A stretch of DNA of 64,000 nt. Source: a virus. Its lineage: Duplodnaviria > Caudoviricetes. The position numbers and the translations under genes are program-made. Each line of letters opens with the position of its first letter. Positions within the stretch are counted from its first letter, which is position 1. Below the pieces are notes generated by a model, which was not told the DNA's origin, did no database searches, and saw only the letters and a program-made list of their open reading frames with translations. The stretch is taken from positions 128,001-192,000 of the IMG/VR virus record IMGVR_UViG_3300035390_000014; one strand, written 5' to 3'. Below, in pieces: positions 1-8,160 of this stretch.

Positions 1-64
1 TAATGGTTAGGACATAAGGTTTTCAACCTTAAAATCGAGGGTTCAATTCCCCGTGGAATCACCA
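1..64 (+). tRNA. trnE: tRNA-Glu(TTC), 5' end cut off by window edge
   Basis: Anticodon arm taagg-ttTTCaa-cctta, T-loop GTTCAATT, ends ACCA. Confidence 0.85.
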
Positions 65-74
65 ATAATTCTTT

Positions 75-89
75 AGAACATATTATAAA
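75..89 (+). promoter_or_regulatory. Phage promoter motif AGAACATA(T/A)TATAAAT; near-perfect copies also at 1554, 7801, 8124, 14421, 17428, 18115, 21630, 29462, 32597, 45635, 48340
   Basis: 12 near-identical intergenic copies, all on + and all upstream of genes, tRNAs or ORF-free structured segments. Confidence 0.75.
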
Positions 90-101
90 ATTACATATAA
101 T

Positions 102-848
102 ATGGAGTACAATATGAATGAATATCTAAAATATTTGCAGGAAAACTTATCAGAACCTCAAGAAGATATTATAGTAAATGAAATGTCATACTTTGTTTCA
201 GGAAGTGTTAAACAAATTTTAAATAGAGTACCAGTGGTTACTAAAAAAGAAATGTTATCCAGATTACAAATTGGAGATATTATGGTGGCTTTTACTGCTA
301 ATAAACCTTTGAGAGATAAATTTGGTGCTAAACAATATGGTAAAATATTAGCAGCATTTCAAGGTAGTCCTTATACATCTAGTAAAGTTGTAGTAGATAA
401 AAATTATGCAGCTGGTTATGGCATTACAACAAATATGAAAGTGCCTTCTGATAATAAAGTTGAAAAAGTTCCATTAGCTCAAGCTATAAGAGATCGATCT
501 GAAATATGTTTGATAAGAGTTAATACCTCAGATGCTATAAAGAAAAAAGCAATGAAGTGGGTTAATTCTAAAATGGGTTTAGCATATGCTGAATCTGATC
601 TTTTAAAAACTACATGGGATAGATTTACTAATAGAAAATTTCTTCCATTTTTTAAGAAAAACAATATGGATCCAAATGAATTAAAAGATTTGCAACACCC
701 TTTATTTTGTAGTACTATTATTTCAATAGCTTATTATGTAGCTGGATATAGAGATAAATTTAATGATCATCATCCTTATGATGTATGGCCAAGAGATTTT
801 ATATTGGATAATAATACAGAAAAAATTTGTAAAATAGATTATAGTTAA
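102..848 (+). CDS. Permuted papain-like (YiiX/YebB-type NlpC/P60) protein, possibly virion-associated
   Basis: LQIGDIMV start, AMKW..SKMGLAY, C-terminal LFCSTII and VWPRDF motifs; the usual catalytic His is not evident (YTSS). Confidence 0.55.
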   Translation: MEYNMNEYLKYLQENLSEPQEDIIVNEMSYFVSGSVKQILNRVPVVTKKEMLSRLQIGDIMVAFTANKPLRDKFGAKQYGKILAAFQGSPYTSSKVVVDKNYAAGYGITTNMKVPSDNKVEKVPLAQAIRDRSEICLIRVNTSDAIKKKAMKWVNSKMGLAYAESDLLKTTWDRFTNRKFLPFFKKNNMDPNELKDLQHPLFCSTIISIAYYVAGYRDKFNDHHPYDVWPRDFILDNNTEKICKIDYS

Positions 849-854
849 AAATAT

Positions 855-937
855 GCGTCGGCTGGGTATAGGTGAACCCAAGAGACTGTAAATCTCCCGC
901 TTCGGCTGTGTAGGTTCAATTCCTACTCGGCGCACCA
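855..937 (+). tRNA. trnY: tRNA-Tyr(GTA)
   Basis: 7-bp acceptor gcgtcgg/tcggcgc, loop CTGTAAA, long variable arm, A73, CCA. Confidence 0.92.
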
Positions 938-940
938 TAT

Positions 941-1024
941 GCACGGACTGAGTATTTGATGAACTCAAGAGAAGGTACCCTCCGCTTTAGAGCTTTGGTG
1001 GTTTGAATCCATCTCCGTGCACCA
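941..1024 (+). tRNA. Atypical tRNA-like gene with degenerate anticodon arm
   Basis: Perfect acceptor gcacgga/tccgtgc + ACCA, D arm gagt/actc, T arm ggtgg-tttgaat-ccatc, variable hairpin; anticodon arm only gag/ctc with loop AAGGTACC (no U33). Confidence 0.65.
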
Positions 1025-1057
1025 TTTATTAATAACAGTGAAACAAGGTGAGACAAA

Positions 1058-1534
1058 ATGAAGATTATTTCTGGTGGTCAGACAGGGGCAGACTTAGCTG
1101 GACTTGATGTAGCAAAAGATCTTGGTATTAAAACAGGCGGATGGGCGCCAAAAGGTTGGAAAACATCAGATGGTCCCAGGCAAAAATTACTTGAAAGTTA
1201 TAACCTACAAGAATCTACATTAGGTTATAGAGGGCGGACTCATGAAAATGTAAAAGATTCAAACGCAACAATTAGGTTGGCAGTTGATTTTACTACACCT
1301 GGTGAAGTATGTACAATGAATGCTATTAATAGTTGTAAAAAACCTTGGATCGATATTGATCTATTATCCCAAAGACCAGTTCAAGAAGTTATTGAATTTT
1401 TGATTTTGGTTAAACCTACCACTTTAAATATTGCTGGTAATACTCAACATACAAAAGGTTATGATATTCATAGATTAACTTATATGTATTTGAAAAAAGT
1501 TTTAAGTGAGTATAAACGAATCTATTTGAAATAA
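1058..1534 (+). CDS. SLOG-superfamily protein (YpsA / putative molybdenum-carrier family)
   Basis: IISGGQTGADLAGLD, GGWAPKG, RT.ENV.DS.AT, LNIAGN motifs. Confidence 0.8.
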   Translation: MKIISGGQTGADLAGLDVAKDLGIKTGGWAPKGWKTSDGPRQKLLESYNLQESTLGYRGRTHENVKDSNATIRLAVDFTTPGEVCTMNAINSCKKPWIDIDLLSQRPVQEVIEFLILVKPTTLNIAGNTQHTKGYDIHRLTYMYLKKVLSEYKRIYLK

Positions 1535-1577
1535 GAAATTATTTCAAATCATTGTAACATATTATAAATAATATATA

Positions 1578-1641
1578 GGCTGGTCGATCGCATGACCGTT
1601 CCGATAGGTAAGAGCAAAGGTCGTTAATATTGCCGCCAGTC
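1578..1641 (+). ncRNA. Candidate small multi-hairpin RNA or structured leader
   Basis: Closing stem ggctgg/ccagtc, hairpins gttc/gagc and gcaa/ttgc, GC-rich island 8 nt after promoter motif at 1554. Confidence 0.3.
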
Positions 1642-1664
1642 AAACTAAAATAGGAAAATTATTT

Positions 1665-2018
1665 ATGAGACAATGGATGGTTGATCCAAAGTGTATGTGT
1701 CAAAAGCATTTATGTGGCTGTCATGTCGAACATCATATGTTTGTTGGTAGTATGAAAAAGAAAATAAAGATGGATGGTTATTTAAAAAATAATTTGTTAG
1801 AACCTAGATCTTTATTTGAAAGACATAAAGTTCTTTCAGAAGAAATGACAAGACGAGGAATGAATCATAAAAGTCCTCTTGAAGAAAATGAATGTGAATG
1901 TATTTGTTATTTAGATGAATATCAACAAAATTGGGAAATTGATAAAGAATCAGCTTTAAAGGATTTACTAAGTAGATGTCCTGAATGTAAAAAACGATAT
2001 AAGGAAAATTGTAAATGA
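1665..2018 (+). CDS. Pyrimidine-dimer DNA glycosylase / endonuclease V-like protein
   Basis: MRQWMVDP..C.KHL.G.H.E.HM N-terminus; H..L..EM.RRGMNHKSPL. Confidence 0.7.
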   Translation: MRQWMVDPKCMCQKHLCGCHVEHHMFVGSMKKKIKMDGYLKNNLLEPRSLFERHKVLSEEMTRRGMNHKSPLEENECECICYLDEYQQNWEIDKESALKDLLSRCPECKKRYKENCK

Positions 2019-2476
2019 AAATCTATACAGCAGGTCCAATCTCTGGACAGAGTTATGATCAAGTAATGACTAGATATAGAGGTCAGGTTAAAGCTCTTCA
2101 AGAAATGGGGTATGATGTTATTTGTCCTATGACTGGAAAAGAATATCTTAGAACTGAAATTGAACTTAAAGCTCATGGACTTGACCAACACCCAGTATCT
2201 ACTAATCATGCTATTAAAGAAAGAGATAGATGGATGGTTGGATCAGTTGATGTTGTATTAGTTGATTTTACCGAATGTGCTGGAGTTGTTTCTATTGGTT
2301 CATGTATGGAATTAGCTTGGGCTGATGAACTTAAAAAACATTCAATTGTTGTTATGGAAGAAGGTAATATTCATCAACATTGTTTTATTCTTGAATGTGC
2401 TGATATAGTATTCCCAACAATGGAGCAAGCATATAGATATTTACTTCATCTTTCAATGGGAATTACAATGGAATGA
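2015..2476 (+). CDS. Nucleoside 2-deoxyribosyltransferase-like protein
   Basis: IYTAGPI, RDRWMV..VDVVLV, SIGSCMELAWA motifs. Confidence 0.75.
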   Translation: MKIYTAGPISGQSYDQVMTRYRGQVKALQEMGYDVICPMTGKEYLRTEIELKAHGLDQHPVSTNHAIKERDRWMVGSVDVVLVDFTECAGVVSIGSCMELAWADELKKHSIVVMEEGNIHQHCFILECADIVFPTMEQAYRYLLHLSMGITME

Positions 2477-2629
2477 AAACTGAATTTGATGTAATGTATA
2501 GACCAAGATGCATTGCTTTAGGTCTTAATATTGGTAATAATCATATAGTAAAAAAGAAATGGAAGAATATTTTTTTTGAACTTGATGTATTATTTTGGAC
2601 TTTTGGTTTAGAGTTTAAGTGGAGTTAAT

Positions 2630-2884
2630 ATGGAATTTATAAATTGGTTATCTTTAGGCTCAGGTTTAATATCAGCAATATGTTGGTATTATGCAAGTGT
2701 TGTTAAAGTTAGTCATAAACAAGAAGTTGAGTGGCGAAAAAAACATGGTATAAGTAATTTTAGTGGCATTGAGTTAGATGGAAGCGACATATCTGGATCT
2801 TTCAGAGTTCAGAGACAATATAACTGTGTTGCTTCTATTTTTGCAGGAATTGCAATTATACTTCAAGGACTTGTAAATATATAA
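2630..2884 (+). CDS. Small two-TM membrane protein
   Basis: Two hydrophobic segments; RBS GGAG upstream. Confidence 0.55.
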   Translation: MEFINWLSLGSGLISAICWYYASVVKVSHKQEVEWRKKHGISNFSGIELDGSDISGSFRVQRQYNCVASIFAGIAIILQGLVNI

Positions 2885-2892
2885 TAAAATAT

Positions 2893-2980
2893 GGTAGGAA
2901 TGTTGAAATTGGTAAACATGCGAGGTTGTGATCCTCGTGCCTTAAGTGGTTTGCGGGTTCGAATCCCGTTTCCTACCCCA
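2893..2980 (+). tRNA. trnH: tRNA-His(GTG) with encoded G-1:C73 and an unusual long variable arm
   Basis: G-gtaggaa/ttcctac-C-CCA, anticodon arm cgagg-ttGTGat-cctcg, about 15-nt variable region tgccttaagtggttt. Confidence 0.85.
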
Positions 2981-2998
2981 AAATTAAAATGAGGTATT

Positions 2999-3649
2999 AT
3001 GAAAAAATATATTATTTATAGAATTACTAATACTATAAATAATATGATTTATATTGGAGTCCATCAAACATTTGATTTAAATGATGATTATATGGGGTCT
3101 GGTAAATATCTTATTAATGCTATTAATAAGTATGGCATAGAAAATTTTAGTAAAGAAATAATGCAAATATTTAATTCATCTAAACAAATGTATGAAATGG
3201 AAAGTTTATCAGTTGATGAAAATTTTGTTAAACGAAAAGATACTTATAATTTAAAAGTTGGTGGATTTGGCGGGTTTGATCATGTAAATCAAAACTCAGA
3301 TATGCAACGAGAGAAAGTATATTTAGCTCTTAAAAAAATGAAAGAATTAGCTAAAGATCATGAATGGACTAAACAAAGATCTGATAAAATATCTAATTCT
3401 ATGAAACAACAATATAAAGATGGTAAAAGAAAACCACTAGATCCTTATTCTTTTTTAGGTAGAACTCATACAGATGAATCAAAAGAAAAAATAGGTCAAA
3501 TGAACTCTTTTCATCAATTAGGAAAAAAGAATTCTCAATATGGTACTTACTGGATATATAATAATAATTTAAAACAAAATAAAAAAATACCAAAAGATGA
3601 ATTTGATATGTGGAAATCTAAAGGTTGGTTAAGAGGTAGAAAATTTTAA
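2999..3649 (+). CDS. GIY-YIG (Seg-like) free-standing homing endonuclease
   Basis: YIIYRITN..NNMIYIG, Y.GSG, YNL..GG, NUMOD3-like HT.ESKEKI, NSQYGT.WI. Confidence 0.88.
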   Translation: MKKYIIYRITNTINNMIYIGVHQTFDLNDDYMGSGKYLINAINKYGIENFSKEIMQIFNSSKQMYEMESLSVDENFVKRKDTYNLKVGGFGGFDHVNQNSDMQREKVYLALKKMKELAKDHEWTKQRSDKISNSMKQQYKDGKRKPLDPYSFLGRTHTDESKEKIGQMNSFHQLGKKNSQYGTYWIYNNNLKQNKKIPKDEFDMWKSKGWLRGRKF

Positions 3650-3666
3650 ATTAAAAGGAATATATA

Positions 3667-4251
3667 ATGGCAATATTTGAAATAGAATTTAATAAAACTA
3701 TGGGCCATGAAGGTGGTTATAGTTATGATCCAGATGATGTTGGAGGTGAAACTTATAAAGGAATCGCTAGAAGATATCATAAGGGGTGGAGTGGATGGAA
3801 TATTGTTGATTCTTTAAATGATAATTTAGATTTCCCTAACTGTTTAAATAGAAATGAAGAATTACAATTTAAAGTTAAATCATTTTATAAACAACATTTC
3901 TGGGATCGCTTTCAAGGAGATTTAATTCATGATCAAAGTATTGCTGGTGAGTTATTTGATACTGGTGTAAATATGGGTCTTAAGCGAGCAGTTAAATTTT
4001 TACAGAGATCATTGAATTATTTAAATCGTAATGGTAATCTTTTTCCTGATATGGTTGATGATGGAGTCTTGGGTCGTGGTACATTAAAATGTTTAAATTA
4101 TTATTTAAATAGAGATAATCCAGAGATACTTCTTAAAATAATGAATGTATTACAGGGACAACATTACTTAAATTATATGAGTAAAAGTCCAAGACAGGAG
4201 AAGTATTGTAGAGGTTGGTTTAATAGAGTAACTTTATCAAAAGGTTATTAA
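3667..4251 (+). CDS. Glycoside hydrolase family 108 muramidase (endolysin) with C-terminal PG-binding domain
   Basis: HEGGYS.DPDD.GGET.KGI catalytic motif, FDTGVNMG, LQR.LN, DG..G..T, GWFNRV. Confidence 0.9.
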   Translation: MAIFEIEFNKTMGHEGGYSYDPDDVGGETYKGIARRYHKGWSGWNIVDSLNDNLDFPNCLNRNEELQFKVKSFYKQHFWDRFQGDLIHDQSIAGELFDTGVNMGLKRAVKFLQRSLNYLNRNGNLFPDMVDDGVLGRGTLKCLNYYLNRDNPEILLKIMNVLQGQHYLNYMSKSPRQEKYCRGWFNRVTLSKGY

Positions 4252-4500
4252 AAAAGATACAAAAAAAAGACAATATATAAATTATATAAATTATATTGTC
4301 TTCAAAAAGAAATTACTTTCTTTTTATGAGGAGGTTAAATTCCTTATAAAGGAAACCCGATCTATGCTGAAATAGCACATCATACCATCAAACTTTTTAG
4401 AGTTATAATTTAAGACCATAAGTATTGGGTAAGATTACAATCGACCATGCAAAAAATATATAGAAAGGAAATCAGGACAAAACTTTCTACATATGGTTAT

Positions 4501-4512
4501 TAATATATATAG
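4501..4512 (-). promoter_or_regulatory. Second recurrent motif CTATATATATTA; + copies at 6039, 9430 (TTATATATATTA), 15683; - copies at 4501, 21569, 48787
   Basis: Six intergenic copies; at 21569 and 48787 the orientation matches downstream minus-strand genes. Confidence 0.55.
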
Positions 4513-4551
4513 AATTAAATCTTATTATGGAAGAAGGAAACAGGTGAAAAT

Positions 4552-5106
4552 ATGTCAGAATTGCTAAAGTTAATGAAAGACGATTTGCATAAAGCAATGA
4601 AACGTGAAGTAGAATTTCGTAAAGATGGAATTAAATCCGGACTCATATATGAAACTTGTATGGCTGTTAAAGATGTCGTTAGAGCTATAATATCTATGTA
4701 TCCAGAAATAAAAATTAAACCTGATAATGCAACAGATGATGATACAATTAAACTTCTTAAAAAATTTATAACTTTAGAAAAAGTTAGAGAATTATATCTA
4801 CAACATCATTTATCTGGAAGTATGGTTACTGGACTATCAGCAAGTAAGTTAAATGTTTTACAAAAAAGTACAATAACTGATCTTGGTGATAAACTTACTT
4901 CACCAAAAATTAAAATAGCTCAAACTTATCTTCCTGATACAGCTACTTTTACTGCTGATGATATTCATGAGTGGATTAAAAGAAATATTAATTGGGATAA
5001 CTACAAAAATAAAATGCAAGCTATGGGTCCAATTATGAAACATTTTGTTGGAGCTGATGGTAATATAGTTAGAAGAATCATTGAAGGGTATACTAAATAT
5101 GAGTGA
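4552..5106 (+). CDS. GatB/YqeY-like protein
   Basis: MSELLKLMKDDL.KAMK start; C-terminal KMQAMGPIMK...ADGNIVRRII. Confidence 0.65.
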   Translation: MSELLKLMKDDLHKAMKREVEFRKDGIKSGLIYETCMAVKDVVRAIISMYPEIKIKPDNATDDDTIKLLKKFITLEKVRELYLQHHLSGSMVTGLSASKLNVLQKSTITDLGDKLTSPKIKIAQTYLPDTATFTADDIHEWIKRNINWDNYKNKMQAMGPIMKHFVGADGNIVRRIIEGYTKYE

Positions 5107-5293
5107 TTTATTTAATGATCTATATCAATTGGAATTATATATAAAAAGAAAGATTGAAGCTTTTGAAAATTCAAATAAATGTACGGTTGCATCAATTGAT
5201 TATAAATCTTATTTGTTTGATGCATCAGAAGATAGTTTATGTCCAACATTAGGTAGAACAGTTAGTGTATCAATCAAAAGAAAGATAAGTTAA
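5099..5293 (+). CDS. Hypothetical protein
   Basis: ATG overlaps the end of the upstream gene; start moved from 5081. Confidence 0.5.
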   Translation: MSDLFNDLYQLELYIKRKIEAFENSNKCTVASIDYKSYLFDASEDSLCPTLGRTVSVSIKRKIS

Positions 5294-5301
5294 AATAATA
5301 T

Positions 5302-5377
5302 CGAGGATGTGGTGTAATCTGGTAACACGTACGCTTTGGGAGCGTGAGTCGCAGTTCGAATCTGACATCCTCGACCA
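5302..5377 (+). tRNA. trnP: tRNA-Pro(TGG)
   Basis: cgaggat/atcctcg, loop TTTGGGA, A73, CCA. Confidence 0.9.
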
Positions 5378-5388
5378 AAACCATTTTA

Positions 5389-5462
5389 CGGGAAGCGATC
5401 AAGGAGACAAGTATGCTTTGGAAGTATGCGATAGGCTGGTTCGATCCCAGTCTTCCCGACCA
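5389..5462 (+). tRNA. trnP: Second tRNA-Pro(TGG) with atypical D arm
   Basis: cgggaag/cttcccg + ACCA, loop TTTGGAA, T arm gctgg-ttcgatc-ccagt; poorly pairing D arm. Confidence 0.75.
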
Positions 5463-5477
5463 ATTTAAAGGTGACAT

Positions 5478-5660
5478 ATGAGAGATCCTAAGCGAATAAA
5501 AAGAATTCTAAAAGCAATAGAAATTATTTGGATAAATAGTCCTGATTTACGTTTAACTCAAATAATAATGAATGCTTTAAAAAGCAATAACGATCCATAT
5601 TATATTGAAGATGATGATTTGGAAAAAGCTCTTAATGAGTATATGAAGGATATGCAATGA
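5478..5660 (+). CDS. Conserved phage hypothetical protein
   Basis: MRDPKRI..IL..I...W...PDLRL.Q motif; RBS present. Confidence 0.65.
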   Translation: MRDPKRIKRILKAIEIIWINSPDLRLTQIIMNALKSNNDPYYIEDDDLEKALNEYMKDMQ

Positions 5661-6028
5661 ATAAAATAAAAAAAATCTATTATGCTCACCCCGTAAGTTT
5701 GTATAATACTCCACAAGAAGAAAGAGATTTAGCAACCCTTAAATATCTATGGCCAGATGCAGTAATTTATAATCCTAATTCACATCATGATCAACAAGGT
5801 TATAAAGAATGGGGATTTAATTGGTTTCTTGATAGAGTTAGTGATTGTGATTTACTTGTATTTAGATCTTTTCCTGATGGCAAAATAGGTGCTGGTGTTT
5901 GGAAAGAAGTAAACTGGGCTAATGTAGAATGTGCTATTCCTGTAATAGAAATACCAATGTTAATGGAATCTCGAGTATTAAGTGTTGATGATACCAGAGA
6001 ATATTTAAAACATACTGGTAAGAGATAA
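5657..6028 (+). CDS. Nucleoside deoxyribosyltransferase-fold protein
   Basis: IYYAHP, V..CDLLVF, GAGVWKEV.WA. Confidence 0.6.
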   Translation: MNKIKKIYYAHPVSLYNTPQEERDLATLKYLWPDAVIYNPNSHHDQQGYKEWGFNWFLDRVSDCDLLVFRSFPDGKIGAGVWKEVNWANVECAIPVIEIPMLMESRVLSVDDTREYLKHTGKR

Positions 6029-6036
6029 TTTCCTTT

Positions 6037-6090
6037 AACTATATATATTAATATACATAACATAGTATAAAGTATTTGTATATTAATTTT
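6037..6090 (+). repeat. About 50-bp regulatory direct repeat, second copy at 15681-15730
   Basis: actatatatattaatatacataa...aagtatttgtatattaatt in both intergenic regions, each followed by AAAGGAG. Confidence 0.8.
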
Positions 6091-6101
6091 ATTTAAAAGG
6101 A

Positions 6102-6500
6102 GTGAAAATGGAAGAAAAAACATCAGTAGGTATTTCAAAAGTTAAAGAGTGGAAAGGTTCAAGTGTCTGGTATAAAGTTAACTGTGCATGTATGGCTGGA
6201 GAATGCGATTCATTAATTCAAATGTCTTTTGATAAAGATTTTGGACATATTGATGTTGAGTTTTATAAAACCATTATGTGGGGTGATTATTATCAGAAAA
6301 AATGGTGGTGGCAAAGAGGTTGGTTAAGAATTAAAATGGCTACTAAAATTATCTTTAAAGGTTATACTGAACATGAAGGATCTTTTATGATTGAAGGTAT
6401 AGATCATTTAAATTCTTTTATTACAGCTCTTGAGGAAGGAAGAGGGAAACTGAAGCAATTTCAAATTGACTTTGAAAAGGAGAATAAAAGTGACTCTTGA
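6102..6500 (+). CDS. Hypothetical protein
   Basis: ORF with AAGGAG RBS. Confidence 0.65.
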   Translation: MKMEEKTSVGISKVKEWKGSSVWYKVNCACMAGECDSLIQMSFDKDFGHIDVEFYKTIMWGDYYQKKWWWQRGWLRIKMATKIIFKGYTEHEGSFMIEGIDHLNSFITALEEGRGKLKQFQIDFEKENKSDS

Positions 6501-7089
6501 TTATAAAGATCCAGATGAAATAGTAAAAGGTAAAGATTTGAAAGAAGGTGATTGTGTTAGATCAAGATCATGGTCAGAAACAAAAGATGGTAATGATATG
6601 GGTATTATTTTATCAACAACATTTCATGATACCGAACGTGGTAAAAAATTAAAAAAGTTTTATGGTGATGAACCAGCATATGAAATATATGATATTAATT
6701 GTCCATGTGATAGTTCATTATTAACCAGATTAGATCCCGAAGCAGAGTTTAAAGTTATTCGTTCAAGAAAGGATATACTTTATACTTTCAGAACAATTGA
6801 TTATCAACTTCTTCAACGTTCAAGATCTTTAATGGCTGAAAGTATTGAATTAGGAAAGGTTCAAGATGAAGCTGTTGAGCGTATGAATGACAGGTGTGAT
6901 AAAATAAAGAAAGAATTGGAAAAAGATTTTACTTGTAAACATGCTCATGCAAATATTGATAAAATATTTTGTGATACACCAGATATTAATAGTTGTCCAG
7001 ACGGATATCAAAAATTGTATACAGCAGAAAATTGCCCAGAATTAAAAAAAATAGAAAAACCTTTTGATAAAGGTATAGAAATAATTTAA
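6490..7089 (+). CDS. Hypothetical protein (GTG start at 6490 inferred)
   Basis: AAGGAG upstream of GTG at 6490. Confidence 0.6.
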   Translation: MTLDYKDPDEIVKGKDLKEGDCVRSRSWSETKDGNDMGIILSTTFHDTERGKKLKKFYGDEPAYEIYDINCPCDSSLLTRLDPEAEFKVIRSRKDILYTFRTIDYQLLQRSRSLMAESIELGKVQDEAVERMNDRCDKIKKELEKDFTCKHAHANIDKIFCDTPDINSCPDGYQKLYTAENCPELKKIEKPFDKGIEII

Positions 7090-7246
7090 CAAATGTGTGC
7101 AACACTGACGGAATCTTTAAGGTCTGGAACTTTGCAACTTCCCACCTTTTGTAAGATTTTGTGTATTACGGCGATACCAAAGATGGAAGTCGGTAATAGG
7201 TAGACGTACCGTTTGGGTTGGATCCCATGGAGCACATAACAATTTT

Positions 7247-7320
7247 AGCGCTATAGCTCAATGGTAGAGCATCCGGCTGATAACCGGGCGACGAAAGTTC
7301 AACTCTTTCTAGTGCTACCA
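7247..7320 (+). tRNA. trnI: tRNA-Ile(GAT)
   Basis: agcgcta/tagtgct, anticodon arm with loop CTGATAA, A73, CCA. Confidence 0.9.
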
Positions 7321-7336
7321 AACCTTAAAAGGAACT

Positions 7337-7795
7337 GTGATGGAATTTTTTAAATTTCGAGCGAATAAGATATTATTGGGTTCATTTTTATTAATCTATT
7401 TAATTGGTTATACAGCAGCAATATGTTCTGCAAATATTGATGTAGTTTATGTATATAAAGTATGTCCTGTATTTAATGTATATACAACTCACTTTATTGA
7501 TGATGAAACAGGATCAAATAAAGGTATTATAAATGTAATAAGACCAGAAGATAGAGATACTAATGTCGTAAAACATGAACTAATTCATGCTAAACAATGT
7601 TATAGGACTTTCTATTTAGGAACAATCTTTGCTTACTTCAATAAATCATACTTAGCTAAATGTGAGGCAGAAGCATATTCTATTGAGATTAATAATGAAT
7701 TTGGAGTAGTTGAATATGCTAAACTGATACAAGATTGCTATGCTCCTAATGTGCCAATTGAAAAAATTGAAGGTTATATAAGAAACTATTTATAA
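7337..7795 (+). CDS. Secreted/membrane protein with HExxH zincin-like motif
   Basis: N-terminal hydrophobic segment; VVKHELIHAKQ...CEAEAY. Confidence 0.55.
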   Translation: MMEFFKFRANKILLGSFLLIYLIGYTAAICSANIDVVYVYKVCPVFNVYTTHFIDDETGSNKGIINVIRPEDRDTNVVKHELIHAKQCYRTFYLGTIFAYFNKSYLAKCEAEAYSIEINNEFGVVEYAKLIQDCYAPNVPIEKIEGYIRNYL

Positions 7796-7818
7796 CATAT
7801 AGAACATAATATAAATGA

Positions 7819-8124
7819 ATGATGTGTATAGGAGAATTAGTTATGACTTGGGATTGGGAAAAATTAATAGATGAACAACAAAAAAAAGAACAAGAAAAAC
7901 AGAAATCCAAACCAATAAAAAAATCAATATCTACTAAAATTCTAACATGGTTTGAAAATAACATGATTGTATTTTATTTATTATTGGCATTGTTAATTAT
8001 AGGATTTGTATTTTCAATGTTTTGGATTACTAAAACTGGCAGTTATTGGCTATTCTATGAGGACATGGTCCAGGATACAATTAAAGAAATGGTAAAACCA
8101 GAGTACTTAATTCATCTTAAATAA
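7819..8124 (+). CDS. Single-TM membrane protein
   Basis: Hydrophobic stretch MIVFYLLLALLIIGFVFSMFWI. Confidence 0.6.
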   Translation: MMCIGELVMTWDWEKLIDEQQKKEQEKQKSKPIKKSISTKILTWFENNMIVFYLLLALLIIGFVFSMFWITKTGSYWLFYEDMVQDTIKEMVKPEYLIHLK

Positions 8125-8160
8125 GAACATAATATAAATCCTAATCAAGGAGATTATATT

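Noticed and set aside
75-89. Archaeal virus with BRE-TATA promoters
   Set aside because: Gene content is bacterial (LigA, CspA, GroES, OmpA lipoprotein, pilin-like protein, bacterial-type tRNAs)
723-968. Minus-strand ORFs antisense to tRNAs (also 5274-5477, 20267-20497)
   Set aside because: Shadow frames of tRNA genes, with typical antisense-tRNA pseudo-peptides
7092-7237. Intron-containing functional tRNA
   Set aside because: The acceptor stem pairs poorly, there is no CCA, and the segment is too short for a self-splicing intron; kept as a low-confidence finding
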